IMG/VR virus record: IMGVR_UViG_3300045988_178894
Span: 1 to 59,540 of that record
From: a virus
Length of the DNA stretch: 59,540 nt
Strand: one strand, 5' to 3'
Under the pieces are notes generated by a model. That model made no database searches. It saw nothing but the letters and a program-made list of their open reading frames with translations, and was not told the DNA's origin. Shown in pieces: positions 1 through 9,346 of the stretch (position 1 is its first letter; each line of letters starts with the position of its first letter). The translations under genes and the position numbers were made by a program.

Positions 1-55
1 GGGCAACTGAACCGACACGCGAAAAGGCCCGCCCCCTCCCCGAAGGAAGAGGGCG
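1..55. repeat. terminal overlap, identical to 59486..59540 (contig closes on itself)
   Basis: Read directly: gggcaactgaaccgacacgcgaaaaggcccgccccctccccgaaggaagagggcg occurs at both window ends. The stop of ORF 59214..59495 lies inside the repeat. Confidence 0.95.
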
Positions 56-60
56 AGCCT
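25..60. terminator. bidirectional stem-loop between convergent arms
   Basis: aggcccgccccctcc / ggaagagggcgagcct pair imperfectly (about 13 bp, 2 mismatches, 1 bulge). It lies between the end of the plus arm (stop at 59495, equivalent to position 10) and the end of the minus arm (stop at 69). Confidence 0.5.
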
Positions 61-68
61 CTTGTCGG

Positions 69-536
69 CTACCTCGACATGCGCTCCAGCAGACCCTTCA
101 GGCGAAGCGTCATGGCGCAGTAGTGGTAGAGGTGGCGGGCGGCATCGCGCACATCGTCGGCGTCCGGCTGGTCAACCGACTTACCCGTCGGCCAGAACCC
201 GAGCGCCTTCAGCGTGGCGTCGCGGACCAGCGTCTTGGCCTGTGTCGGCGTCTGGTAGACGATCGGGCGCTTGTCGTAGATGTAGTCCATGATCGCGTTG
301 ACCTTCACCGGAGTGAGGTCGGCGAGGAACTGGTTGTGCGGGCGCAGGTCGAAGCGCTCGCCGACGACGACGTCCGGCTTGTAGCACCAGATGGCGCCCT
401 TGAGCGTGAACGCCGTGTCGGTGTGGCTGTCGGCGGTGAACTGGTCGTATTCGACGATCTCGACGTCGTCGCCGTCAACCACCCCCAACACCCACCCGGT
501 CGACACCCCCGGGTCGTAGGCGAAGATCTTGGTCAT
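69..536 (-). CDS. RuvC-like Holliday junction resolvase
   Basis: Track ORF 69..611. Start moved to ATG 536 (MTKIFAYDPGVSTGW), which overlaps the upstream stop as ATGA. RuvC-type acidic motifs FAYDPG, GERF, DDVRDAARH. Confidence 0.8.
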   Translation of the reverse strand: MTKIFAYDPGVSTGWVLGVVDGDDVEIVEYDQFTADSHTDTAFTLKGAIWCYKPDVVVGERFDLRPHNQFLADLTPVKVNAIMDYIYDKRPIVYQTPTQAKTLVRDATLKALGFWPTGKSVDQPDADDVRDAARHLYHYCAMTLRLKGLLERMSR

Positions 537-718
537 CAGCTCACCGCCGCCATGACCAGTCCGAACCCGACGAGGAACGCCGACAGGCAGGCGATAGCGC
601 GGAACCACCACCTGGCGAAGCCCTCCGTGTGGTCGTCAAGGGCGATCAGATACATGGAGCTGAAGATCAGAAGCACCGTGGTCACGCACCAGTAACCGAA
701 CCAGCCTCCGACGCTCAC
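536..718 (-). CDS. small membrane protein (2 predicted TM helices)
   Basis: 60 aa with GTG start in a GTGA overlap with the upstream stop. Hydrophobic runs WFGYWCVTTVLLIFSSMYLI and AIACLSAFLVGFGLVMAAV. Confidence 0.6.
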   Translation of the reverse strand: MSVGGWFGYWCVTTVLLIFSSMYLIALDDHTEGFARWWFRAIACLSAFLVGFGLVMAAVS

Positions 719-1107
719 GCCTCGATCACCACCGCGTCCTCGCCACGCAGGTCACGCGGCTCAGTCCTGCGCCAACGCCCGGAACCCTTGGCGTGCGAGG
801 CGACAGCCCGGCACATGCTCACCTTGGCGGGGTCGCAACCCTCCTTGCCCCGGTGCCACGCCAGAACGGGGATGTCGCCCTTGTCGAACCACACCCGGGT
901 CAAGGCCCGCAGCATGGCGGCCACGCCGCAGGCCCGGGAGCGCCGGACCCGCTCCGGTTCGGCCCTCGGGTCGAAGGGGGCGGGGGACCAGATGATGTCG
1001 AACTCGTTGACGCCGCCCCACAACGCCTGCCCACCGACGTTGTCGATGATGTGCACGCCGTTGGGGTGCATCTCGATGCGGATCGCAACCTTACTGCCGC
1101 GGCTCAC
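715..1107 (-). CDS. hypothetical protein
   Basis: GC3-rich frame. GTG 1107 forms a GTGA overlap with the stop of the DUF3310 gene. The longer track ORF (to 1257) would overlap that gene by 150 nt. No motif recognised. Confidence 0.6.
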   Translation of the reverse strand: MSRGSKVAIRIEMHPNGVHIIDNVGGQALWGGVNEFDIIWSPAPFDPRAEPERVRRSRACGVAAMLRALTRVWFDKGDIPVLAWHRGKEGCDPAKVSMCRAVASHAKGSGRWRRTEPRDLRGEDAVVIEA

Positions 1108-1667
1108 GGGTTGTTCCTCCGCTCCGTGTCGACGACGATGCGGGCGCACCAGGCCAGGGCCATGGCCGCCACCTGGATGAGCTCGGCGCGCTCCTCGTCG
1201 AGGTACTTCAGGTCGCGCTGGGCGCGCAGGAGCTTGAGCTCGGTCTCGTCGGGCCACGGGACGGAGGCCTCCACGTACTTGTGACTGCCGACGTTGTCCG
1301 GGTCGACGCAGATGTTGTAGTACAGGCGCCCGCCCCGGGTGAACAGCATGCCCGCCAGGGCGGTCACGTACGTGGTGTCGACACCGGCGGCCTTCAGGAC
1401 GATCTTGGCGTCGCGAATGAAGGAGTACGGGGCGCAGTCGGAGGTCCTGATGTTGGCGTCAGCGCCGTCGTAGAGGCGGATCTTGCGCTCCAGGTACCAC
1501 AGCGCCTTGGACAGGTCGTCGAGGGGGTCGGCTCCCTTCTTGCGCCCGGCTCGGCAGATGTACTTGACGACGTTGCCGGACAGGAAGTCCAGGTGCTCGG
1601 TGATCTCGATGACCTCGCGGTCGCCGAGCTGGTAGTGGGGCGGGTGGCTGATCATGTCGTCGGACAT
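1104..1667 (-). CDS. DUF3310-family protein with C-terminal extension
   Basis: MSDDMISHPPHYQLGDREVIEITEHLDFLSGNVVKYICRAGRKKG..DLSKALWYLERKI fits the DUF3310 signature. SD-like GAAAGAGAGGAACC precedes ATG 1667. Confidence 0.75.
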   Translation of the reverse strand: MSDDMISHPPHYQLGDREVIEITEHLDFLSGNVVKYICRAGRKKGADPLDDLSKALWYLERKIRLYDGADANIRTSDCAPYSFIRDAKIVLKAAGVDTTYVTALAGMLFTRGGRLYYNICVDPDNVGSHKYVEASVPWPDETELKLLRAQRDLKYLDEERAELIQVAAMALAWCARIVVDTERRNNP

Positions 1668-1684
1668 GGTTCCTCTCTTTCTTG

Positions 1685-3925
1685 TCATTCCTTGTGGTAC
1701 CGCTGGCAGGTGTAGCCGGCGGCCTTGATCACGAGATCGTCGTCGGCCCAGAAGGGCGGACGGCACATGATCTCGGACACTTCGGCGACGAGCTCGGCCT
1801 CGCTGAGGCTTCGCTTGTCGGCAGGGATTTCGCAGACGACCTCGTCGTGGATGTGGGTGACGATGGGCCACCCGGCGTCTTCCAGGTTCCGTAGTGCTTG
1901 GACGAGGATGTCGCGGGCCACTGCTTGGACGATGTTCTCGGTGATGATGCCCCCGTGCAGCGGCTTGTAGGGGACCCGAGCCCTGTCGCCCCCCGTGTTG
2001 AGGACGTGGGGTACGAGGCGGCCGGGCCCCAGCGGGGTGCCGTCGACGTCGAGGGGCTGCCTCCAGCGGCGGGTGAGGCCCCGGTAGACGATGGGCCTCT
2101 TGGAGGGCAGCCACACGTAGCGGTCCTGCCCCTTGACCTCGATGCTGACCAGGCCGGTGTCGACGCCGCCGCCGGTGCTCAGGATGCGCTCCAGCTGCGC
2201 CCAGAAGCGCCGGACGGCGGGGGACTGGGACCTCCAGATGTTCACGATCTCTTGCAGTCGCTTGCGCAGAACGTCCTCGGGGGTGTTCTTGGGCAGGATG
2301 TTCCGGCCGCCCATGGCGATCATGGCGCCAATACCTCCTCGGTACTGGAGGGCCAAACTAGCGACCTTCCCGTGCTGCCGGTCAAAACCCTTCTCGGGGC
2401 CGCCGAGCTTGGCGGCGGTAGCAACATAGATGTCCTCGTCGTTGCGGAAGGCGTCGATCATCCACTGCTCGCCAGTCAGCCATGCCATGACCCGGGCCTC
2501 GATCGACGAGTAGTCGCACACGACGAACGGCCCCATCAGCAGCGGGCGGATCAGCTTCTTCAGCTCCGGCGAGGGGATCGAGCCGCCCTCCAGCAGCCGC
2601 CCCACCGCGGCCTCCTCGGCTTGCGTGTCGTAGCCGCCGCCAGCGGCCTTGAAGCCGTCGCGGGCGAGGTTCTGGAACTGGATGAGCCGACCGGCGAACC
2701 GGCCCGTCGACGCGCCGAAGTACTGCATCGTGCCCCGCAGGCGACCGTCGTCGTTCGTGGCCCGGATGGCTGCGGTGAACTTGGCCGCGGCCGACACCGC
2801 GCACTCCTGGCGCAGCGTGAGCACCCGGCGGACGTCGTCGGGCAGTTCACCCTCCAGCAGCTCCTTGACCGTGTCCTTGCGCAGGTCCTCCGTGTCGACA
2901 CCCCGGCTCTTCAGCCACGCGCGCAGCTGGGCCACCGAGTTGCCGTTGTCGACACCGGCGATCTTCTCAATCTCCTTCAGCGCCTCGGCACGGTTGTCCT
3001 TGAAGCAGCGCTCGGCGGCCTTCGCCAGCTCGACGTCGACACGAACGCCCCGGTCGTTGATCCGCTGATCCACCTCGTAGACGGCGCGCTCGCCACAGGG
3101 GAAGTCGCGCCCGAACATCTTGGCTGCGTCGCGCATGGTCTCCACGTCCTGGTCGCAGTAGGCGCCGAACGCCGCCCAGTCGTCTGGCTTCTCCTGTGCG
3201 GTCACCCTCTCGCCCTTCCTGTTCGGCTTGGAGAACAGGTTGATGAGCCGGGTTCCGGCCTCATCCTTCTCCTCGGCGCCCAGTGCCAGGGCGAAGTCCT
3301 TCAGGGAGGCGGGCAGTCCCCACGTGCGGGCCAGGGCGGCGGTGTCGAAGAACTGCTCGGGGGGCAGGAACTTCCCCCGTCCTCGACTCTTGAGCCTCGA
3401 CAGGTTGATGCGCTCGAAGGAGGCATTGTGGGCGATCTTGAGGACCTTCCTGTCGAACAGGCCGGGGATCGCCAGGATCGCCTCATGCCCTTCGGCCCGC
3501 TGCACCGCGCCGTCGCCCAGGGCCCAGGAGCACATGAGGATGCGCCAGTCCGGGTGCTCCGTATACTTATACACTCCGCACTTGGCCAGGTCGACGGGCG
3601 AGTAGGTCTCGATGTCGAGCCACAGGACGTCCTGCGTCATCCACGGCGCCCCGCCCCTCTCCGAGGCGGTCACCGTCCAGCGGCCCTGGAGCACGAGCGG
3701 CCAGATCTCGTCGAAGCCGCCGTCGGCGGGCGCCGTCCACGGGCCCTCGACACCGAACAGGCCGATGGTCGGACGGCGGGGATCCAGGGGCCAGTCGGGG
3801 CCGGCCAGGTCGATCGACTTGCCCATGGCCCTCTTGACGTCGCGAAGCACCCCGATCTGCTCGTCAGTCAGGTCACGGGGATCGGGCACCAGGAACACGG
3901 GCTGAGCCGCCCAGAAGTCACTCAC
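1685..3925 (-). CDS. family A DNA polymerase with 3'-5' exonuclease domain
   Basis: Exo motif LWLDIETYS; pol motif A DYSSIEARV, motif B RQHGKVASLALQYRGG, motif C HIHDEVVCE. GTG start 3925 preceded by GGAGG. Confidence 0.9.
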   Translation of the reverse strand: MSDFWAAQPVFLVPDPRDLTDEQIGVLRDVKRAMGKSIDLAGPDWPLDPRRPTIGLFGVEGPWTAPADGGFDEIWPLVLQGRWTVTASERGGAPWMTQDVLWLDIETYSPVDLAKCGVYKYTEHPDWRILMCSWALGDGAVQRAEGHEAILAIPGLFDRKVLKIAHNASFERINLSRLKSRGRGKFLPPEQFFDTAALARTWGLPASLKDFALALGAEEKDEAGTRLINLFSKPNRKGERVTAQEKPDDWAAFGAYCDQDVETMRDAAKMFGRDFPCGERAVYEVDQRINDRGVRVDVELAKAAERCFKDNRAEALKEIEKIAGVDNGNSVAQLRAWLKSRGVDTEDLRKDTVKELLEGELPDDVRRVLTLRQECAVSAAAKFTAAIRATNDDGRLRGTMQYFGASTGRFAGRLIQFQNLARDGFKAAGGGYDTQAEEAAVGRLLEGGSIPSPELKKLIRPLLMGPFVVCDYSSIEARVMAWLTGEQWMIDAFRNDEDIYVATAAKLGGPEKGFDRQHGKVASLALQYRGGIGAMIAMGGRNILPKNTPEDVLRKRLQEIVNIWRSQSPAVRRFWAQLERILSTGGGVDTGLVSIEVKGQDRYVWLPSKRPIVYRGLTRRWRQPLDVDGTPLGPGRLVPHVLNTGGDRARVPYKPLHGGIITENIVQAVARDILVQALRNLEDAGWPIVTHIHDEVVCEIPADKRSLSEAELVAEVSEIMCRPPFWADDDLVIKAAGYTCQRYHKE

Positions 3926-4499
3926 CGTCGGCCTCCTGTTCCTGTTCCTGCTCCTGCGCCTTGATACGGCGGCGCTCCTCGCCCTTGACCCGCCACGGAA
4001 CCTCGCCGACCTTCTGGCGCACCTCGAACTTGGGGCGGAAGTCGATGTTGTCGGGCCCCCACGGCAGGCTGCTGTCGGGTCGCATGAACGACCAGCCGTC
4101 CATGTCGTCGAACGGGGGGAGGTTGAAGTTGGACAGGACCCAGTTGACGGCCTCCGTGCCGTTGGCCCACGTCATACCCCCGGGGCTCTTGCGCCAGTTG
4201 TCGGCCCGCTTGAGCAGGGACTTGCGCAGGCGGAGGTCGCTCGCGGCCCGCTGGCGCCCCTTGGCCTTGATGCCCGCCTTGCAGCCGCACAGCGGCCCTT
4301 CGAGCAGCCCCGACGCGGACGCCTGACTGTGGCGACCGCAGAAGATGCACTCGATGTTGAACACGGCGCCGCGGGTGGGCGTCCACCCCGTCGGGTCGAG
4401 GGACGTGATGCGCCAGTCGCCGAAGCGGTGGTCGAGGAGCGCCCCCAGGAGGGGGTGCGGTGAGTAGACGGTCTTGGCCGGCTCTCGGTGGGTGATCAT
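3918..4499 (-). CDS. hypothetical zinc-ribbon-like protein
   Basis: Real start ATG 4499 (MITHREPAKT) after GAGAAGAGAGAACC. Cys pairs CIFCGRH..CGCK. The upstream part of the track ORF has off-frame-like composition. Confidence 0.6.
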   Translation of the reverse strand: MITHREPAKTVYSPHPLLGALLDHRFGDWRITSLDPTGWTPTRGAVFNIECIFCGRHSQASASGLLEGPLCGCKAGIKAKGRQRAASDLRLRKSLLKRADNWRKSPGGMTWANGTEAVNWVLSNFNLPPFDDMDGWSFMRPDSSLPWGPDNIDFRPKFEVRQKVGEVPWRVKGEERRRIKAQEQEQEQEADGE

Positions 4500-4522
4500 G
4501 GTTCTCTCTTCTCGGTTGATGG

Positions 4523-6961
4523 TTATGCGTTGGCGGTGGCCCGGGCGGTGTAGACGACCTCGCGGTCGCCCGGGCGTTCGGGGTTGGGCAGGATGTCTCG
4601 CAGGGTCCCCTTCTTCTGGCAGTGCATGAGGACCCGGGTGAGCGCCTCGGGGCCGTCGAACTTGTTCTGGAACTTGGTGACCAGAGCGGCGTACGACACC
4701 CGGTGGCCGGGCTGGGAGGCGACCCACTGCTCGACGTCGGACACCATTCGGCTGAACCCGTTGGAGTCGACCTGGTTGACCAGGGCCTCGGCACACCTGG
4801 CCCACGTGCCCGCCAGGTCGATCGCCTTGACGACATGGCGCAGCTCGATGGTGTCCTTCATCTCCGTCATGGCCAGCAGGGCCGCCACCCGCAGGGCGGA
4901 GAACGACAGCCGCTCGCAGGTGGGGAACAGGGCCACGGCGTTGAGCGGGTGGTTGGCGGCCAGGAACGTGACGTCGTAGGCGAAGCACTTCCAGCGCTCC
5001 AAGGCGTCCTGATCGCACTTGAGGGGCACGCGCAGATCATCGAAGGGCCCCGAGACGGGCACGGCGGCCTGGAAGCCCTTGTCCCAGTGCTTGACCACGG
5101 AGGTCAGGTGGTGGATGAGCATGTCGCGCACCTGGTCGACACGGGCCCGCTCGCCCGTGCGCCACGCGACGTCGTTCGCCCCCGGTTCGAAGCCCTCGCG
5201 GGAGTCGACGACGACCAGGCACCGGGGCACGAAGCCGGAGATGATGCGCTCCATGGTCAGGTAGCGGGCGGTGAGGTCGAAGATGCCGGTGCCGTAGAAC
5301 GACATCTGGTGGTCGACACCGCCCTTTCTGGCCAGGCCCCCGGTCTTGCGCAGGATGGCGGGCACGCGCCCGTCGTAGATCTTGGTGAGCATGGGGATGA
5401 ATCCGGCCATGTAGGAGCCCTTGCGGGAGGCTGCGGCGAAGGTGTCCTGGACCTCGTCGACGCTGAGCAGCGTGGACAGGCGGGGCAGCTCGCCCAGCCA
5501 CTCCTGGAGGGCTTCGGCGGTGGCGTCCTCGGGGGCCTCGTAGCCGCTGCTGTCGACGCCGCACTCCTCGGCGACGTCGTTCAGGACGCCGCGGGCCAGG
5601 CGCAGGGCGGTGCTCTTGCGTGACTGCGTGGTGCGCCCCAGGACCAGCCAGTACAGGTTGAGGCCCATATCAGTGAAGGTGAGCGGCAGCTTGGCGTAGC
5701 GCGACAGGAGGGCGGAGAGCATGGCCAGGCCACCGGCTACGGAGAACTCCCATGGGGCCTGCGGGGACTTGTGCCCCACCCAGGAGGTGAAGGCGTCGAT
5801 GAACGTGTCGTTGATGGGCTGCTCCTCGGGGTGGAGGAACTGTACGCGCGTCCAGTACAGGCCGTTGGCGTCGGCGTCGAGCACGGAGGGCAGGCGGTCG
5901 ACAAGCGCTTCGGGCGAGGACTCATCGCCGAACTGGTTGACGCCCTCCAGGGGGGTGAGGCCGAGGACGCGCAAGATGTCGGCGTCGTCATCCATGATGA
6001 AGTCCTCGCCGTCGTGGTACTGCCGCCACCTTGCGGCGTCGCGCTGAACCTGCACCCACAGGTCGATGTCGGGGCGGTTGTCGCGCCGATACTTGTTGCA
6101 GGCGGCCTCGTGCAGGACGAGGTAGCAGGAGCGCGCGTCGAACCCGGCCTCCATGAGTATGCACTGGAGGTGGTACATGCGGGCGGACCAGTCATCGCCG
6201 ATCTCAGGGCGGATCATGAACAGGTCGTTGGCGACGGAGTTGTTGACCAGGGCGAGCAAGCGGTAGATCTCGTTGGGGTCGGTCTCCTGAGGGACTTTGG
6301 AGTCGAGCTCCTCCTGGGACAGTGGTTCGGCCGGGGGGTAGTGGGCGGCGAACTCGGCGACGGTGACGGCCTCGCCCTCGCGCTGGATCTCGACCAGGTC
6401 GACACTGCCCGCCCCTCTTCTCCTGACGGTCTCCTCGGAGTACTGGGTGACGCGGAAGGGGGCGCCGTATTCGGGCTTGGTGTTGTAGGACCAGGGGACG
6501 CGCAGCATCTTGGCCAGGGGCCAGCCGCGGTCCATGCCGTCGGCGGCATGGGCGTTGTACAGTCCGTGCGACAGGTCCTCAAGGTCGTTGTTCGACAGGT
6601 TCTCGGCGTCGAGGAACCGCCAGTAGCCGTGCCAGTGGCCCGGCGAGGTGCGCACGAACGTGGTGGGGAGGATGGCGAGCTTCGAAGGGTCCATGTCGTC
6701 GCCGTCGCAGTAGACGACGTCGCAGCGCAGCACGTTGGCCTTGGTGGCGTGGCGGGGGTCGGTCAGGGAGGGCGGCTGGGTGAACGTCATGGGCTTGAAG
6801 TAGACGTCGCTGCTGCCGTGAGCTTCGACATAGCGCCCCATGGCGGCCTTCTCGTCGGGCCACATGAACCACTTGAAGACGGTGAGGCGCCCGAAGGGGT
6901 CCTTGGTGATGATGGGCACCCAGCCGGGCGTGTCGGGCAGCACCTCTTCGAAGAAGGCCAT
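4523..6961 (-). CDS. bifunctional primase-polymerase / helicase (DUF3987-like ATPase)
   Basis: 812 aa. N-terminal prim-pol features (VVYCDGDD, HWHGYW). Central P-loop-like LVLGRTTQSRKSTA. Confidence 0.7.
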   Translation of the reverse strand: MAFFEEVLPDTPGWVPIITKDPFGRLTVFKWFMWPDEKAAMGRYVEAHGSSDVYFKPMTFTQPPSLTDPRHATKANVLRCDVVYCDGDDMDPSKLAILPTTFVRTSPGHWHGYWRFLDAENLSNNDLEDLSHGLYNAHAADGMDRGWPLAKMLRVPWSYNTKPEYGAPFRVTQYSEETVRRRGAGSVDLVEIQREGEAVTVAEFAAHYPPAEPLSQEELDSKVPQETDPNEIYRLLALVNNSVANDLFMIRPEIGDDWSARMYHLQCILMEAGFDARSCYLVLHEAACNKYRRDNRPDIDLWVQVQRDAARWRQYHDGEDFIMDDDADILRVLGLTPLEGVNQFGDESSPEALVDRLPSVLDADANGLYWTRVQFLHPEEQPINDTFIDAFTSWVGHKSPQAPWEFSVAGGLAMLSALLSRYAKLPLTFTDMGLNLYWLVLGRTTQSRKSTALRLARGVLNDVAEECGVDSSGYEAPEDATAEALQEWLGELPRLSTLLSVDEVQDTFAAASRKGSYMAGFIPMLTKIYDGRVPAILRKTGGLARKGGVDHQMSFYGTGIFDLTARYLTMERIISGFVPRCLVVVDSREGFEPGANDVAWRTGERARVDQVRDMLIHHLTSVVKHWDKGFQAAVPVSGPFDDLRVPLKCDQDALERWKCFAYDVTFLAANHPLNAVALFPTCERLSFSALRVAALLAMTEMKDTIELRHVVKAIDLAGTWARCAEALVNQVDSNGFSRMVSDVEQWVASQPGHRVSYAALVTKFQNKFDGPEALTRVLMHCQKKGTLRDILPNPERPGDREVVYTARATANA

Positions 6962-7011
6962 GTCTCTCTTTCTCTTCCTTCTTTGTTTCCGTCTCTTGCG
7001 CGGGGACGACG

Positions 7012-7048
7012 GGGCCCCGACGCCGTCAGTTTAGCGGCGTCGGGGCCC
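7012..7048 (-). terminator. GC-rich stem-loop after gene 7054..7323
   Basis: gggccccgacgccg / cggcgtcggggccc is a perfect 14-bp stem with a 9-nt loop. No U-tract. Confidence 0.55.
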
Positions 7049-7053
7049 GGTCC

Positions 7054-7323
7054 TCAGTCGAAGGTCTTGTCGGTGGCGCTCACCAGGTGCACCAGGTGGA
7101 CGGGGTCGGTGCCTTCGACACCGGCGAAGCGGGCGCTGTCGTCGTAGCGTCCCTCCCACCACTTCTCGTGGCCACCCCTAGCGCGGCTGTCGTAGACGTC
7201 GAGGGTGCCGACCTCGTCGACGCGGTCGTAGCCGCTCTCGTAGCCCCGGACGACGACGATGGTGTCGCCGCCCTCCTCATCGCGCATCTGCGTCAGCTTC
7301 TCGATGAGTTCGTCGAGGGTCAT
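7054..7323 (-). CDS. hypothetical protein
   Basis: 89 aa, GC3-rich, ATG start, followed by the hairpin. Confidence 0.65.
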   Translation of the reverse strand: MTLDELIEKLTQMRDEEGGDTIVVVRGYESGYDRVDEVGTLDVYDSRARGGHEKWWEGRYDDSARFAGVEGTDPVHLVHLVSATDKTFD

Positions 7324-7365
7324 CTGTTGTCCTCTCTTCTGTACTTTTCGCGGAAATGGTTGTTC

Positions 7366-7836
7366 CTAGTGAAAGCCCAACTCAAGGGCCGCATCGAGAA
7401 TCTCCTCGGCCAGTTGGGTCAGGAGAGGCTGCGGTATGAGCCCTCGGCCGAGTCGAAGGAGGATGACCTGTCGGAGCGCTCGATCGAGAGTGAAGTCAAC
7501 ACCGGGGGCCCAGGTGCGAAGCGCCTGCGGGAGAGCGTCATGAGTGAGCCAACGTCGCAGGTCCGGGCCAAAAGTCTTCTCAGCCCGCAGGGAGATCTGA
7601 TAGAGCCCGCGGTCGGAGACCGCGACGTGGCGCATCAAACCGTAGGGGGTGTCCGCCCTACAGTAAGTCTTCTCCTCCTGCGGCGTGTTTCGTGTCAGGT
7701 CGGATCCGTCCCGGTATCCGAGAGCCCGACCGATGTCGGCCGCGACGAACCAGACCGTGTCGTCTTCCTCAAGAAACGCGCGCACCTCCTGGTCTTCGTA
7801 TCGCAGACTGATCATCTTGTGCTTCGGGGATGGCAT
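7366..7836 (-). CDS. Bro-N domain (antirepressor-like) protein
   Basis: LRYEDQEVRAFLEEDDTVWFVAADIGRALGYRD fits the Bro-N pattern (F....vR......WFvA.Dv...LGY). Confidence 0.75.
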   Translation of the reverse strand: MPSPKHKMISLRYEDQEVRAFLEEDDTVWFVAADIGRALGYRDGSDLTRNTPQEEKTYCRADTPYGLMRHVAVSDRGLYQISLRAEKTFGPDLRRWLTHDALPQALRTWAPGVDFTLDRALRQVILLRLGRGLIPQPLLTQLAEEILDAALELGFH

Positions 7837-7851
7837 CTTCTCTTCTTTCTG

Positions 7852-8598
7852 TTAGCTCTCGTGGTTCAGTCGGTGCGCGAACTTCTCTCGCCAAACCCGC
7901 TCCATGAGAGGTCGGTCGGCTTCAGTGTAAGCACAGACGTCGCGGATCTGGCCCTCGGGGGTTTCGTAGGGGTACTTACCCGGCACTTGTCCAGCGTGGG
8001 CCGACTTGTACGCCTTCTTGACCTCCTTGCCGAAGACGGAGGAGTAGCGCCGAACTTCGTCCCTGGTGGCGCCCTGCTGGATCTTGAAGTCTTGTGCGTA
8101 CAGGGGCCGTGCTTGGGCCTCGATCTGCGGAGCCTCGCCCATGGCGCGGGCAAGGATGATGCGGGCCTTGGCTTCGAGGTGGTCGGGACTGACAGCACCC
8201 TTGGCGAGGGCGATCAGCTCCATCAGTTCCTTGGCCTCGGTCCGCGGGTTGACCGCGACGCCCTCGTTGAAGTACCTGTCGAGGGCGTCGGCCGCCTCGC
8301 ACTGGTAGGCGTCGATCAAGGCGCGCGATCGCTCATCCTTGATCCGGCCAGTGTCTATGGTGGCCAGCCACATGGCGAAGGTACGGCGGTCGATGAACGT
8401 CATCTCGCGCTTCTTGCCGTCCGCGGCAACCGCGTGCATCATACACGCGGTTGCCCAGGACCGACGCCGAAGCCTCTGCCACTGGCCGTTGGCGTCCAGA
8501 CCAAGCGTCTCGCAGACGGGCCGCAGGGCGACGTAGGCGCCGTCGGCGGTGGTGTAGATGGTGGTGTCGTGGAATGGGACTCGTGTGAGCTCCTTCAC
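7852..8598 (-). CDS. P22 Ant-like antirepressor (P22_AR N-terminal-type domain)
   Basis: VPFHDTTIYTTADGAYVALRPVCETLGLDANGQWQRL...DGKKREMTFIDRRTFAMWLATID resembles the P22 antirepressor N-domain. Confidence 0.65.
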   Translation of the reverse strand: MKELTRVPFHDTTIYTTADGAYVALRPVCETLGLDANGQWQRLRRRSWATACMMHAVAADGKKREMTFIDRRTFAMWLATIDTGRIKDERSRALIDAYQCEAADALDRYFNEGVAVNPRTEAKELMELIALAKGAVSPDHLEAKARIILARAMGEAPQIEAQARPLYAQDFKIQQGATRDEVRRYSSVFGKEVKKAYKSAHAGQVPGKYPYETPEGQIRDVCAYTEADRPLMERVWREKFAHRLNHES

Positions 8599-8942
8599 GG
8601 GATCTCTCCTTCTTGGTTGGCGGTGTTGATGTCGCGGCGCAGGCTGACGGTCAGGACCTCATTCACAAGCCACCTCCTGAAGGCCGCGGCCTTCGTGAAT
8701 CGGCTGCGGGAGAGGCTGTCGAGCAGGTCCTCGCCGCGAACGAGGGTGGACGTGCGCGCCCCCCTGTTCGTGTGAACAGTATAGGGCCGAAGACGGTCCG
8801 CGTCAACCGTTCGAACCAACTCGGCCGCGCTCTTATGGCCCGAAGCCGTCGCCGCATCCCGCGACACGAACCACACCCGCCCGTCGCCGTCGACATCTTC
8901 GAACAGACGGACCGGGTGGCCCTCGTACTCCAGCGTCAGCAC
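8595..8942 (-). CDS. Bro-N domain protein
   Basis: YEGHPVRLFEDVDGDGRVWFVSRDAATASGHKS; C-terminal AAFRRWLVNEVL. GTG start. Confidence 0.65.
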   Translation of the reverse strand: MLTLEYEGHPVRLFEDVDGDGRVWFVSRDAATASGHKSAAELVRTVDADRLRPYTVHTNRGARTSTLVRGEDLLDSLSRSRFTKAAAFRRWLVNEVLTVSLRRDINTANQEGEIP

Positions 8943-9277
8943 GACCTCCCCTCCTCCCTTGCCCGCTCCCGGGCGTCCTTGCGCAGCTCGACATCCAGGA
9001 CCTCGTCCAGCAGCCAGCGGTAGAAGCCCTCGGACCGCTCGGACCGGGACCGGAACGCCAGGCCGATCAGCGCTCGGGCCGACACCGCCCTGGCGTCGTG
9101 CACCCCCCGGCGCCCCTGCACCTTGAACCAGCGGACCTCGTTCTTGCTGAACCTGCGCAGCATGTTGGGCGAGTCCCGGTACCCCAGGGCCACGGCCACG
9201 TCCGCGGCGACGAACCAGGCGCCGTCGTCATCGACGAACGCCCGCAGCTCATTCTTCTCGTAGTAGAACAAAAGCAT
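8936..9277 (-). CDS. Bro-N domain protein
   Basis: YEKNELRAFVDDDGAWFVAADVAVALGYRDSPN; C-terminal EGFYRWLLDEVL parallels the neighbouring paralog. Confidence 0.7.
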   Translation of the reverse strand: MLLFYYEKNELRAFVDDDGAWFVAADVAVALGYRDSPNMLRRFSKNEVRWFKVQGRRGVHDARAVSARALIGLAFRSRSERSEGFYRWLLDEVLDVELRKDARERAREEGRSC

Positions 9278-9294
9278 GACTTCTCCTTCCCCGA

Positions 9295-9336
9295 CACGGC
9301 CGGGGGCTCCGCCATATGACAGAACCCCCGGCCGGT
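9295..9336 (-). terminator. stem-loop between DUF669-like gene and the Bro array
   Basis: accggccggggg / cccccggccggt is a 12-bp perfect stem with an 18-nt loop. Confidence 0.5.
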
Positions 9337-9346
9337 CATCATGGAA

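Noticed and set aside
1-55. A genuine short direct terminal repeat or cos end.
   Set aside because: The length and placement (inside a gene's end and a terminator, far from the terminase genes) fit an assembler overlap better. The question is left open under findings.
1898-3964. 688-aa plus-strand ORF antisense to the DNA polymerase gene. Similar long shadow ORFs occur at 5771..7147, 33591..35492, 39135..40691 and 51544..53820.
   Set aside because: Their products are Arg/Gly/Pro/Ala-rich and low in complexity. They lack the GC3 pattern of the opposite-strand genes, which carry clear catalytic motifs. Such shadow ORFs are typical of high-GC DNA.
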